The notes below the pieces were generated by a model. That model ran no database searches. It was not told the origin of the DNA and saw only the letters and a program-made list of their open reading frames with translations. Position numbers and translations under genes: made by a program. A DNA stretch of 64,000 nt. Origin: Bugula neritina (taxonomy: Eukaryota; Animalia; Bryozoa). Below, one piece after another: positions 50,201 through 64,000 of this stretch; positions within the stretch are counted from its first letter, which is position 1, and every line of letters starts with the position of its first letter. The DNA lies in assembly GCA_964035545.1 (NCBI GenBank), contig OZ037770.1:4620662-4684661 (forward strand). The letters are read 5' to 3'.

Positions 50201-53200
50201 AAAATATAATAGCTCATGATAAGCTGACTGACAGCTTAAATACTATGGAAACTGAAAAACCCATTTGCTATGAATTATAATATTTATTTTGTAACGAATC
50301 TAAAATCTGCCAGCCTACACTGCAAATGCTCTTATATAATTGAGAGCTCCTCCCCCTCCCCCTCCCCCTACACTATGCCCTTTGTTATAACCCCTTTTCC
50401 CCTTCCCACACCACTTACGCTCACTGCATGTCCATCATTGCTTATGTGAATGAATTGTTCATTTGGTCAACATGCAGAAACAACTACTTTGAATGAAACC
50501 ACAACCATAAGTTAATACAAACTACAAGCACAATTTAATCTGTTATCATAATGGCAGCCAAGCTTTTTGATGTAGAATGTTCTAGAAATATAATGAATAA
50601 ACTATGGGGTTGTTTAAATACACAATGGCGTTGTTTCCATGACAACAAAGTCCATCTACATTCACACTAAACATTACATTATCTTGATTGTTATTCTTAA
50701 ACTTGTGTAAGTCTTGTAAGTCTATGTAAACTCATGTAATTCTTAATTGTTTTTTTTCAAGTTCTCAAATAGAATTCACACTTTCTATAAAGTGTATAAA
50801 GTGTATATATTTGCAGTTGAAATTGAAATTTATGATTTCTAGTTAAAAGTCTGGGTGCAGAGCGAAATTAGGTTACTGTTATAGTAATATAGGTGAAAAC
50901 CAAAATATATAAAAATAACTACAGCCTTAAAAAGGAATCAAAACCTAAATTATAGCCCAAGTCCTAACAGACTAAAAGAAATATCAGATGTTATACCAGG
51001 GTTGTGGGTGCGCATGTACTCAGCTGAACTATAAATAACTTTCTCTCTCACTTCATCAGACAGTAGGGACAGTGACTTCTGTTCAAATACAATAATAATA
51101 TATCTTATAAGTATATCAACAGATGAACAGAAGTCTTAAATTACAATTAGACAATTGCAATTTTTAATGCTTTCATAAACATAACATACATAGATTTTCA
51201 CAGGATAAATCTAATTCCGTTGAACTAAATGCCAAGTTTTACCAATTAAAATACTGAAACCAGAAATAGTAGCTAAAACAACAAAGCAAGCAGTGAACTC
51301 ACTAACAGGTGTGATGTGAACATAGCAGAAATACGAATTTGCATGTAGGAGCCATACGGAGTTATCTTTTCAGTAATACCTTCCATCATTTTGATAATGT
51401 TTTTAGCATTGCCATTAGCTTCCTGAACCCTTTAAAGCAATCTAATTCAATTGCAAAACTGGAATAGAGCCAATAATAACAAACTGAAAATGAAGTCATT
51501 TTTTTATTCTTAGTTTGCAGTCACAGTTGTCGTTTTGATAAAGATACAAAATATTGTTATTAAAAACTTTTTTAATAAAAAGATGCTGATATATCACTAA
51601 TGATAAAGTACATCATATGACCTGTGTGGATCTCAAAAGTAACAGTATAAGATAAAAGTCAAACATGTTATATAAATTTGAATATGTTATACAACATTTG
51701 CTGATACCTTATGACACATTGTCAAGCATACGGTATTGGGCTGCATGCACTGCAAAAAGCTGTAATGTGAAGCTTGCTATGTTAATTATAATCAGCAAAG
51801 CACTGAATCAGATCACATTTCAGATCAAGTCACAGTTCAAGTCAATTATGGCAATGTATGACTTTATAGTGTTTATATGAATTGAAAATACAATATAACC
51901 AATAAATTGCTCTAACAGCATTTATCACAGTTTCTAAAATACATTTTTGTAATCATAGACCATAGTACCAAAAACGCAATCAACAGATTTTTCAAGTCCT
52001 TGCTATATAAAGTTATTAAATTAACTTTTGTTGATTCCATATTCTATAAAATTATTGTCATCACTAGGAACTGATCCCGACACCCGCCGGTTGCAAGTGC
52101 AGACGCACTAACCATATTACACCACAAGGTCTATTGGAAAATCGCAATAATGCGCACTTGCTCAAAAATTAACTCATTCCAGAACATTTTTGAAGTCAAG
52201 TTGCATATAGTCAACACTCTAACTAAGTCCACAGGTGAGTTGAATAAAATCAGCTTGAATAAACTCTGAGAATTAGTAAGTCATTTAGCTGTCCCATGCA
52301 TAAAGAAGGCAGACAACTTAAAAGTAGTTCTTAGGTATTTCATGAACTACACATTGCTACGCTTCGGGCCGTCATATACCAAACCTCTAATCTACTTGAA
52401 AGAGAAAGGAAGCTTACTTGTCTATGGCCTCCATTACCATCAGAACAAAAGTGCCACTGTTGGCTTTAGCCAGTTTATCAATATTATACCTAACATCGGC
52501 TATAGTCACACCCCCAACAAATTGGTCATAGAACAAAGGCTTTACAACGGCAGAAAACAGTCTTTTACCCAGAATTCTCTGTGTCCTTTCAAATATCTGC
52601 AACAAAACAATTGCTGCTCAAGACTTTACAAATATTTTCCAACTGAGACATAATATATGTCCAGAACTATCAATATTCTATAACATTGTTCCACCTTTAT
52701 CTTATATCTGTTTAAATTACTGAGTGAAGCACATCACCAATTGATGTGATGGTAAAGGTAACTGATATCATTGACTTTGATAATATTGCTAAAGAATATT
52801 TTATTCACTTTTTTTATTTACTTTGCTTTCTATAAAATTGCATAATAATTGGCGAATTTCCAAGTCTTACTGGTTAAGAGTTGTATGCTCCTGCCACTTA
52901 TCACAATATTATATTGAGTTATAAGAAGCACACTGAGATGTAAGTTATAATAAACTGTGACATCACATTGTGCAATTTTATACTTCACTATAATATGATA
53001 ATGATGTGCAATACTATATAAAGTTGTGGTGTTTTGTAATACAATACCCTATATAATTTACAAAATAAGTTTCAAAAGTAATGTAAAGCAAGACTTAGTA
53101 TGTAACACATAACCTCTGCTGATCTGCTCACAAATGTCCTGTTGGAACAGACTCTGAAGACTGTCAGAGCTCTCACAATCTCCCACAATGACTTCTCTTT

Positions 53201-53368
53201 GAAAGCTTGCTTGTGATCAGTGAAATCCAAATCTGCAACTGAAGATGTCGCTGTATCTTCTGCAACCGTTTCTTGGTTGATTAAAACTGCCTTTTGCTGA
53301 CGGGGCAAGACAGTTGATAAATATTTCTGCTGCTGAAAATGTCGGGCAGAGAGCTTGAGAAAAGACAT
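47236..53368 (-). CDS. PRODH2: Proline dehydrogenase family, hydroxyproline dehydrogenase (PRODH2)-like, about 9 exons
   Basis: Exons 53114-53368, 52418-52596, 51303-51429, about 50997-51078, 49324-49582, 49012-49075, 48182-48404, 47904-47992, 47236-47399. Motifs FYDQFVGG, VDAEYT..NPAL, QCYLK, KLVRGAYM, ASHN, GMCD, VYKS, YLSRR..EN. Two junctions are not cleanly resolved. Confidence 0.78.
52062..52130 (-). mobile_element. Possible tRNA-derived SINE head
   Basis: Reverse strand has the A-box-like TGGTGTAATGG and a degenerate B box; intronic. Confidence 0.3.
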
Positions 53369-54227
53369 TACTGGACAAGTCATAATCTGATTGCAAAATA
53401 AACTTGTTTTACAAAACAACGTTGTGGGAGAATCTAATGTCAGCTGTCAAGTGTGGTTACTGCAGAATGTGTTGTACTGTGGACAGTAAACTTCTAACAC
53501 TCAGTTTGATTGGCCTAAGAGGAATATCTGGTCAGTTACTTACAACAAACCAGACACTGTGTAACATATTAATATAACACTGAAGTAAGGATTTCCACTA
53601 TAATCTGATTGGTATAATTATAACATCATTACGTTACTGGTAGCTCCACGAGCCACCACAATATTTCACTGTTGGAAAGTGAGTTTTTACATCAATATTG
53701 TAAGAGTTGTGCTCTATATGTATGTCTGCTTGTAGGGAGTTGTGTTACTATGATGCATCAAAAAGACAGTGCTTTCTTATTATAATCAGAGTGGTATATA
53801 TTAAGAGTGTTGCCATTAGCAAATCTTACGGAATCATATGGGCGCCATTATGCCGAGATTGGTACCACGAGTTTATATAAGTTATAAAAGAAAAATTTTG
53901 CCACTTTTGTTATTTAATTTTTTTCTATTTTATGTGTACAATTTCTTTAAATTTTTTTATTGGTAAAATTTGTAAACACATTTTTAATGCACATAAAATT
54001 AAAAGAAAAATTAAAACTCAATCATGCACATAAATACAAAGCTACAAAGTTAAAGCTCCGCTGTGATTACAATGTGAATATGAATTGAATAATGCTTGCA
54101 ATAACCATTATACACAAAATACATTACAGTTGCTATAAATGTAAGACTAGTAAATTGGATGCAAATAGGCAGGGTAATACTACTTAATTTATGCTATTTT
54201 TGAATTTTGTAGTAAATATTTGGCATG

Positions 54228-54229
54228 TA

Positions 54230-54322
<93 letters not shown>
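54228..54322. repeat. (TA)n microsatellite
   Basis: Direct inspection. Confidence 0.97.
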
Positions 54323-54326
<4 letters not shown>

Positions 54327-54573
54327 CATCAGCACAGAACAGAGTACCATGGCCCACACCTCCGCAATAGTAGAAACTTATTTTTCCACTAAAGCATATT
54401 TAAAAGGTGTGTGAACTCAAGCCAGAGAGTTCAAGTGACTCTAGGGGTCACCTAGGAGTCACGAGCCTTGCAAAATGCTAGCAGCTTGAGTTTGTGACCA
54501 TGGTGAGAGAGCTCAATCACTGAATGTCATTGCTGAGCATTAAGTGAGAGCATAATACCTCAATCTGTGGACA

Positions 54574-54575
<2 letters not shown>

Positions 54576-54667
<92 letters not shown>

Positions 54668-54668
54668 T
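54576..54668. repeat. (TA)n microsatellite
   Basis: Direct inspection. Confidence 0.97.
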
Positions 54669-57600
54669 TCACACATCGGCCAACTTATGTGGCAGATATT
54701 TTGTTGCATGTGCTCGAAATTATTAGAAACTCTGGAAAAAACTGAGTAAAATAGCAAATACGTTACCTGACTGCAGAATGATTAATACTAACGGCTAAAA
54801 AACTTCCAAATAAAATAATTTAACTAAAAATTAGACATGAATACTAACATTGAAGCTATTTGATAATTATTATGATAGCTAAACTGTGAATTTGCCCTTA
54901 TCCTAACTAAATTGCAGCCAACATGAGAATTTAAGAATTAACATTTAACGATAAAGTCACATCATGGTACATTAGGCCAGGAATTATGGTAACTTAAAAC
55001 AAGGGGTGGACGTCTTTAATTCGTCTACCAGTATCTTCATTGCAGTTGCTTAAACTTTTTTTTTCATATTTTGAAGACACTACCATTTAGTTTAGAATTA
55101 GCCAATACTAGTGATCATAAGGCATGCAGTAATAATCAACTAGCTAACCTGTTACACTGAAAACTCAAAAAATAAAATATTCTGTATCAGCAAAAGTAGT
55201 TTAAGTTTTTGACCACCAAATCTCATCAAATGCTTGAATATTTCATGTGTATAAACACCTAAAGTAAGTTTGTGATTTGACAGTAAAATCAGAATGTCCA
55301 ACACAACTTTTCTACTATTGCTTCTCTTAGTCTGAAACCAACAGGGTTAAGCAACTTAATTATCTACTAAAAGTTTGTAGAAAATCCCAACAGCTGACAA
55401 ATTATGTAATTTTAGAAGTAATGAGTTTCATGAAAGGGTTAATAGTAGGCTCCAACCTTGAGATACACAAAAGGGGAACAATAAGTACAACATAGGAAGT
55501 TAAGTTAGTAGTAAGTTTTCTGACAATCCCCCAGTATTCAATATACTAAACTAATATAAACTTTGACCAAATCTCTTCAATCTGCTGGAACTGCATACCA
55601 GCAAGAAATCTTTTCAAAGATGATAAATTGCATTTTGTAAAACTGTTCACTGTTACCGTTCAGCTGTAGCTGTATAAGGAAACATAGAGCAAGCCAGTTT
55701 TTGTAAAATTGATAATTGCTAAAGTATTGAATAAGCCATGGAAAGTTGTATGATTTTGTATTTTATACCAAAGAAGCTTTTTTAGTTGAACTTATTATTT
55801 TAGTGGTGAAAAACAACTGCTATATTGATGTTAATGGTTTCACTTGAAGTTTTCCTCCAGTGTAGCAGTGCTTGTTCCATTGAAAAAGTTAGCCCATTGA
55901 AATATGACTGGATAATTTTTATTTATTCAGTTACTTAATTATTATTTAGTCAGTCAACAATTAAAGTTACTAATCTGTAGGCTGTTCTATTTACTTTAGG
56001 GCCAAGGCTTTAGAAATGAAGAACTTCATTCTCGCCATCTAGCAATTGTAACCTGTTAATAGTCAGGGTTGCCCTACTTGTCATACTCTGGCTTGCAAAC
56101 ATAATATTTAAATTGCATTTTGATGACTACCAGTTATATTTTGCTTTTACAAGATAAACCAATTTTAAAATTTGCTCAATGAAAAAACACGTTTAATGAT
56201 TGTTGTTCAGTTTGTATCTCTACTCCAATAATCCGCAATATTGTTTTCTATCAATTTGTGAAAAGAGCTACTGAAAGAGCTTTTTATGAAACTTAAAACA
56301 AATTGAAACATTTACTCCATACCCAACTTACTGGATTGCTCTCTGTCACGGTAGGCTATTGATCAACAAAGCAAGCCAAAATTGCTTATTCTGAAGTCTA
56401 GCTTTTGTGAAAATTGGCAAGCTTTAGTTAATAACCTGTGATTACATAGCTAAGTTGTTTAATTAAGATTTAAAGTAGCATTGTGTTACAGACAATAGTT
56501 GTTGGGAAAACAATTGCAAGAAAAGTTTAATAATATAAGTATTACTAAAATACTAGAAAAGTCTTGCTGATGTTTATAAAGCATGCATTAACTTTCTGTA
56601 TTTCAATAGAAGATGTCTTAAACATTGTAGAAGGAAAGTTATCTACTTGCCTCAGTTTACAAGGCTATAGCATAGTGATAGTAGTATACTGATCCTCCAA
56701 CAAAAAAATTAAGAACAAATCTGGTCCTTGTCATATAGATATTATGTTAATTTGTCTCTATAGAATCAGGACAAAAAGAAAGATAAACCAGCTGCCTATA
56801 TTGTAAGATTGTGAATAAAAATTGTAAATAAAAAGTACATAAAAACAGCAACAATGACAAGTTGTGAAACGTCTGTTCATGCAAGCAAAATGCCTAATTG
56901 CTAAGAGTTGGGAGTGAGTTTTGAAAAAGCTTGTATATTATGTACCACTTGTTAACATTAAATCTATAAAAATTACAGTTGAAAATTAAAAAAAATTCAA
57001 GGCATATTCAGAAGCTTGCTAATATATTTCATTCAAAGCTATTGCAATTAAATAGTAATTTTTAGAGTAACAACACGCTTTCTAGCCCAAAAAAAGTTTC
57101 AATAGCTTATAAAAAGATAGATAGGTTTTCAAATTGTGCTTTTAGCATATATAGCTTTAGGTTTTTTGAGAAGCACTATTTTAAATATTAGCCACTGCAT
57201 GTGAAATATATAGTTAGGGGTTGCTCTTATTTGTGCTCCGTAAAGCATTTCAAAATAAAAAGAACTCGGATATGGGTTTGAGAAAAAAGAGCATATAGTA
57301 GCTTTACATTCAGCTTTAACTCAATATATATTACTGAAAAGTTGGGTTAGTCTTTTTAGAGTCTTTCTAGAAGGTGTACTTATAGCTGACTGTTGTTTGT
57401 GCACTATAGCAAAGAATCACAGTTCAAAGTCTCTTTCTAGATATGTTTGTGAAAAATGTATTTAAATTAGTTTAATGCTATTGTATATTAAAATTTTCTT
57501 TGTTATGTAAATTCAAATACAATACTATAATTAATCTGAAATAAACATTAAAAACATACCAGCTTATTGTGCATTGGTGCTTTAAATAATATCAGCAATG

Positions 57601-58359
57601 AAAAAAAATTTAGTAGGAGATTTTGTTCTCATTTGATGCATTAAGATAAAGAGCAGAAAATGTGCTAATATTTTTAAAATTAGTTTAAAGCAATGGTGTT
57701 CCTTGATGATTGATTACAAATAGTGCTGTCAAATTGTCATCTAGGATTGTTCAAAAAATCACTGAGGCAGACTTTCATAAATCTGCAAAATACTGCACCT
57801 ATACAGTTGATTTAATGAAAGGGATAGCTAGTAAAACTTCAAAAATAAGTTCTTGAAGCAAATTATTTAGCATCCGGTAAATATAAGTGCATATCTGGCT
57901 TTTTTTAATAATCCCTATATATAGTGGTGCTATCTATCCAAACATTATTTTATGGAAAGACAGACTTTAGAAAATAACTAGTTCAGAAATTAGTTTTATC
58001 TTACTTTGCCCAAATTATTGTAGGTATATGATAGCTAAATAAACAGCACAGATTTTTTTAATACAAAAAATACCGTAGATATTAGAGAAAATCAAAATTT
58101 TCATTGATGCCAAGTTTTTAACTCAACAGCAGTGTTCAATGACAGATATTTGTCAAGTAGCATGTGATTTATGAATGCAAGTGATTTTCTTGGAGTTGTC
58201 TTTTCATATTTTGTTGTATATCGTTATCTATATTTCATCACCACTGAGTGGCATTACATATTTATATATATCGCCACTTGAGTTGGTATATATAATGATA
58301 ATGAAAGCGCCACACAAGTTGGGCTTAAATATCTGCCACATAAGTTGGCCGATGTGTGA
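54669..58359. mobile_element. Non-autonomous TIR DNA transposon embedded in (TA)n
   Basis: Perfect 33-bp inverted repeat TCACACATCGGCCAACTTATGTGGCAGATATTT at 54669-54701 and 58327-58359, both abutting TA tracts; no intact ORF inside. Confidence 0.75.
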
Positions 58360-58443
58360 TTATATATATATATATATATATATATGATATATATATATAA
58401 TATTATTATATATCTATATATATATATATGATATATAATATTA

Positions 58444-58489
<46 letters not shown>

Positions 58490-58540
58490 ATATCATTATA
58501 TATATAATGTATATAATTTAATATATAATATAATAATATA

Positions 58541-58586
<46 letters not shown>

Positions 58587-59259
58587 ATATCATTATATAT
58601 ATAATGTATATAATTTAATATATAATATAATAATATATTATATATGATATTATTATATATATAACATGATATATAATATAATAATATATTATATATATTA
58701 TATATGTTATCATTATATATATATTATATATATAATATAATATACAATATAATATTATAATATATATATATATATATATATCATATATAACATAATATAT
58801 AATATAATAATATATTATATATGATATTATATATATATAATATATATATAATATAATATATAATATAATAATATATAATACATTATTATAATATCATTAT
58901 ATATATAATGTATATAATTTAATATATAATATAATAATATATTATATATGATATTATTATATATATAATATAATATATAATATAATAATATATTATATAT
59001 ACTTTGTATGATATTATTATATATATAATATATATATAATATAATATATAATATAATATTATAATATATATATATATATCATATATAATATAATATATAA
59101 TATAATAATATATTATATATGATATTATATATATAATATATATATAATATAATATATAATATATTATTATAATATATATATATATGTATATATTATATAT
59201 AATTTTATTATACTTGTATAATATATATATATATAATATATAATAATATATAATATATT

Positions 59260-59324
<65 letters not shown>

Positions 59325-59441
59325 ATAATATAATATAATAATATATTTTATATGATATTATATATATATATAATATATATATATATAATATAATATAATA
59401 AATAAGATATAATATATTAATATAATATATATATATATATT

Positions 59442-59473
<32 letters not shown>

Positions 59474-59818
59474 GTTATAAATAATATAATATAATAATAT
59501 ATTTTATATGATATTATATATATATAATATATATATAATATAATATAATATATGATATATTATTATAATATATATATTATATATTATTATAATATGTATA
59601 TATATATATATATATAATATATATAATATTAATATACTTGTATAATATATATAATATAATAATATATAATATATTATTATAATATATATATATATATATT
59701 GTAAATAATATAATATAATAATATATTTTATATGATATTATATATATATATAATATAATATATAATATAATAATATATTATATTATTATATTATATAATA
59801 TATTATAATATATATATA

Positions 59819-59880
<62 letters not shown>
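58360..59880. repeat. 1.5-kb complex (TA)n / (TATAA)n low-complexity tract
   Basis: Almost purely A/T. Confidence 0.97.
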
Positions 59881-59883
<3 letters not shown>

Positions 59884-60760
59884 TCCACCACACAATAGGG
59901 ACCCACAAACTTGGGCTGTAACTTAGCCGAATGTCTGCGTCCCTTACGATAACTGACCATTCAAACCCAGTTTCCAACCTGGTATAGAGGAGGCTCTTCT
60001 GAGTCCTCCGTCCATACATTCCACTGCTTCTCTCACAGGATGGTGTCTTCTTTCAGCTGGCTGACTATACTTCAAGGTAGTGTAATGATGCTGTAGAAAA
60101 TAATACATTATCCGTCTGCCAATGTGCATCTTCATAGGGCTCAAGGTTCATCCGCTGTTGGGCACCACGAATGGCAAAGAGATGCCAGCTCGAAAGGTTA
60201 GTAGTGCACCCAATGTCCAGTAATAATGTGGCAGTTTTACCCAAAAATTTCCCATGTAGGAAGTAGCTGCTTCCATACGGCTGTGTACTCCTGGAGCGGT
60301 TAGTCTCTGGGGGAGACACTACATGGGTCTATATAGCGGGCCTTCTCTTTGTCTTGACGTCACCGGAGGTTTCTGAGTTTGGGAGGGTGAATTTGGGAAC
60401 TCATTTGAGTGAGCTGAATCTTCCTCTACAACCTCCTTGGGCAACTCCGCAAACCGATTGCGAAGCTGCAAAGGCTGAAGATCAGGTAGACATTGCGATC
60501 TCTGAAATCTTCAAAGTGTTTGCCACCTTGCATCATTAGGCTCTACCCAATGACAAAATAGTCGGGCAGGAGGTTCGGATAAACCTCTCGACCTCCAACT
60601 CCAATTTGCTTGCCACTCAATATCAACAGGTCCTCTGGGCGTCCACCTGGGCATTGTCTGGACTTCTCCACAGATGAGGATGGCTTGAGGCCTATGGTTG
60701 GCAGAAGTTACCACAGACCTTGAGCGTTTAAAGACACCCATCTCCCATTAAGACAGTGAG
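59880..60760 (-). mobile_element. Internally deleted Gypsy relic related to the 9977-17418 element
   Basis: SYFLHGKFLGKTATLLLDIGCTTNL protease and KLQPKFVGPYCVVE integrase tail closely juxtaposed; gag-like remnants upstream. Confidence 0.8.
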
Positions 60761-61479
60761 ATGTAGAGAGCGAACAGAGTTTTCCCAAGATTTGAGAGCC
60801 TGCCTGTCGGCGTGGTCGAGTTGTAGCTGCAAAAATTTTCACAATATGGTTGTTTCTGATAATTTGACGCAATATTTGTAGCAGTATGTATCAAAGTTGT
60901 ATATCATTTTGATGGTGATAATAGATATTAACCTAATTCTTAGCTTTACTATGCATGTAAATTTTTTAAATATGATTACTATCCTAATTACTATACATTT
61001 TATCTACTCAACTGCATTACCAACAGTGACTGTAATAGAAAAAATGTGATTATTAGTTATGATGAAGCTACACTACGGCATTTTAAATTATAACTTAATA
61101 TTGATATTAAACATGCTTTCAACTAAGTTGAAAGTTTGGATTAAAGTCTTTTAGTGCATTTTCTTTACATTCCTCAGAATAGCCAAACCTTACTAGTATA
61201 ATTGCATGATTTTTTGAAAGGGCAGTCAGCTAATAACATCTGGTTAACTAGCTTTTGAGTGACTGCAAGTGGCATATGCTCCTAATATAGCACATTATCA
61301 ATAATCTAACATTTTTAAAAGATGATGAAATGCTGCTGAAAATTAATCTTTTATTCATCAATTAATGCATGTATACAATATTACTTTGTTTAATTCTAAT
61401 GCGTAGAATATGACTCCATTTATATGTAATGAGTAAAATAATATTTTATTTTTATATTCATTAATGAAGGAAATGCTCA

Positions 61480-62220
61480 ATAAACCAGTTTGATTAAACT
61501 GTATGTATCTGTCATAGAAATTATTTGATTTAAAGAGATTATATTTGCATAAATCAATTACTAGTCACCAGTTACATACTTTGACTGTTTTTGTGTTCAT
61601 GTTGATTGTTTTTTTCAGATGTTTTCTAGATGAATTTATGTGTTTGGATGTGAAATAAGATGCAGAATCTGCTGGTTCAGCCGTCAGCTGGTAGATCTCT
61701 GGGTATGTGTATTTAAACTATTTATTCAACTCCTGACTTGGCTGATTGTCACTGTGAATAGTTAGCACTAATATTCTACCTTACAATAATATTCTACCTT
61801 ACACTAATAGTCTACCTTACACTAATATTCTACCTTGCACTAATATTCTACCTTACACTAATATTCTACCTTACACTAATAATTTATCTTACACTAATAG
61901 TCTACCTTGCACTAATATTCTACCTTACACTAATATTCTACTTTACACTAATAATTTACCTTACACTAATAGTCTACCTTAAACTAATATTCTACCTCAC
62001 ACTAATAGTTTAGTTTACACTGGTTTAGGTGACTAGAGGATATAGGTACTCTGGTAGTTGTGTAGGAATTTTCACCTCACTGTCTTACTGTCATCATTAT
62101 AAACCCTCTTCTAGTAATCTTCTTTTACCAGCAGTAAATATATATTAAGAGTAGAAATAGTAAGACTATGTAAGTCTCCAATCAGTACTCCAGAGTAGGA
62201 GATACCAACTACAAGTCTCT
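61480..62220 (+). repeat. Paralogous copy of about 4750-5750 (putative 5'UTR exon, minisatellite and flanks)
   Basis: Shared blocks ATTTGCATAAATCAATT, GAATCTGCTGGTTCAGCC, GATCTCTGGGTATGTGTATTTAAACTATTTATTCAACTCCTGACTTGG, AAACCCTCTTCTAGTAATC. Confidence 0.88.
61766..62020. repeat. 18-bp minisatellite, about 14 copies
   Basis: Same unit as 5362-5545. Confidence 0.95.
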
Positions 62221-63610
62221 TAGTCTAAAAGTAACCTCCCAAATAGTGCTCAAAAAATTGGCTTATTACACTTTACTAGGTGGCCACTCAAAAAAAGTTG
62301 TTTTTAGATCAAAATTTTGTGCTGATTCTAAATCTACAAACTCTAGAATTATATCTCTACCCAAACTCAAGATATTGAAGAAAAAAATCGGCATCTTGGA
62401 TGGGTGATAAAAAGAAATGTGGATTGTGCAAAATAGTATCCAATTTTACCAAGCTATGTTGAAGAAAAAATATTTGCTGAAATACCAAAAATAATTGCCT
62501 CTTACTTAGAATTCTATGCTGATACTGAATTTAAAGACTGCAAGACACTATATCTCAAATGAAAACCAAGTTGTTTATATAAACATATATGTTTGTTATG
62601 AATCAACATATTGCATGCGGCATAAGCATGCAGAATAATTGTATGACCAAGTTATTTATACAAAAATAAAAACAAAGTCATGCTGATGTATGAAAAATCT
62701 ATATTTATAAAAGTATAGCACAAAATAAATGTTGAAATGAATAAATATTGAAATCTTTTGAGCACAGCCCAAGTGAATCATTTGCTATAGTCTGTCAGTA
62801 TAGCTGTTAAACATCTGCAAAAATCAACAAGATTCTGTAAAATTATTTAGAGAAACAAAAGCATTAGAGATGATCAAAATCAAATTGGTAGTAGCAAAAT
62901 ATATAACAAATGTCAAAAAATAGTGCTTCATTATGAAAAAGTATTCTCGCCATTTTTGTCACCGCCGTCAGTCTCATCAGCTACTTCTTCCCCAATATAG
63001 CCCTTCTTTTCAGACAATCCTTACTTTGACAAACATCAGTGCGCATGCACTGCATTTGGAGCTTCTGACATCCACATCTTGATATGTTGCAGCTGGTCTT
63101 ATAGGAGCAGTTTAAACTTTGCAACATACATGTTCAGGTTCAAAAGCTTGAATCATCTACTTTATATTTATGCTGCCATGACTCTCAACAATCCTTCCAT
63201 GATGTTCTGGGGTGGTGCATCAATATAGGCTGTTGTCACCCTTCTCCAAATGGCTGCCTGATAACTTGCTCTTTTTGCGTGCAAACTTAATTCATCTTTT
63301 GTTAGAGGCAAACGGACATCATCTATATTTGAATTTCCTGCTCCATAAAGTTTATAGACAAATTGTTCTACTTCAGCCGCTGTAATGGCTGGCAGTTGGA
63401 AATACTTCCAAAGGTGTTCAAAGCTTCCCATACATTCTGGATATTTTCTCAAAAGAGAGTAGGCTGTTCGCCATCCTTTTTCATAAAAAGCACTATGGTC
63501 GAATCACAACCTGTTAAAGCATGAAATCTAGTAAGTGCTGCACACAACTGCAGTCCGGATTTATTTGCTGCAATGTTGACTTCCAAATACCTAATATGAT
63601 TATGGTTTCC
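62221..63610 (-). mobile_element. Second Academ-type relic (3' end, different family)
   Basis: Minus strand FHALTGCD, LPLTKDELSLHAKRASYQAAIW, Cys-rich remnant; similarity to the 5' paralog region stops at a TAG at 62221. Confidence 0.7.
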
Positions 63611-64000
63611 TCCCTATTTTTATTTTGTTATAATATATATTAATTTTACCTATATCACTGTTGTATTGATTGCTAAATAGCTAATATGCTAATAGCTATA
63701 ATATAGTAGCTAACATGAATTATCTAGAATATTATTCTATTATTTTTACGAATTTGTGTGGGACAAGAAGTAGTAATACATTAATAATAGACACTATCTT
63801 TAATGGATACTTGTTAACAAAATATCTTTTCAAACAACATGCAATATGTATAAAATATACAAAATTAATAAGTTTATGCAGATCAAAGGAATTTATTTAT
63901 GTGCTAAACAACAAGCAATTGATCCAAGTTTATTTTAATATATATACATATATTTCAGTTATATTAAAATAAATTGCACATAAAAATACTTTTTACTAAA

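Noticed and set aside
54220-60019. ORFs rich in YI repeats
   Set aside because: Translations of (TA)n microsatellites.

Overview
AT-rich, intron-containing eukaryotic DNA, probably from an invertebrate animal (species not determinable from the sequence). The main feature is one apparently intact multi-exon + strand gene (ATG 6916 to TAA 42662; 28 coding exons by my manual splice, 5871 nt, about 1956 aa). It encodes an N-terminal cap, 18 tandem 138-nt symmetric (phase 2-2) exons each carrying two 23-aa LRRs, further LRRs plus a Roc GTPase and COR domain in one 2-kb exon, and a C-terminal caspase domain with the His/Cys dyad retained. The LRR cassettes have a near-invariant framework but are hypervariable at predicted ligand-facing positions. 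They also show block duplication, half-exon swapping and chimeric introns, so the gene looks like a diversifying LRR sensor fused to its own caspase effector. A pseudogenised paralog fragment lies at the window start and a copy of the gene's 5' region at the window end, implying a tandem cluster. Its introns hold a full-length degenerate Ty3/Gypsy element (with extra zinc-finger ORFs), a CR1-like LINE and a rearranged Academ-type transposon with 1190-bp inverted arms. Downstream are an RTE LINE relic, a PRODH2-like gene on the - strand, a TIR element sitting in (TA)n, a Gypsy relic and a second Academ relic. All gene models are manual, without RNA evidence or database searches.
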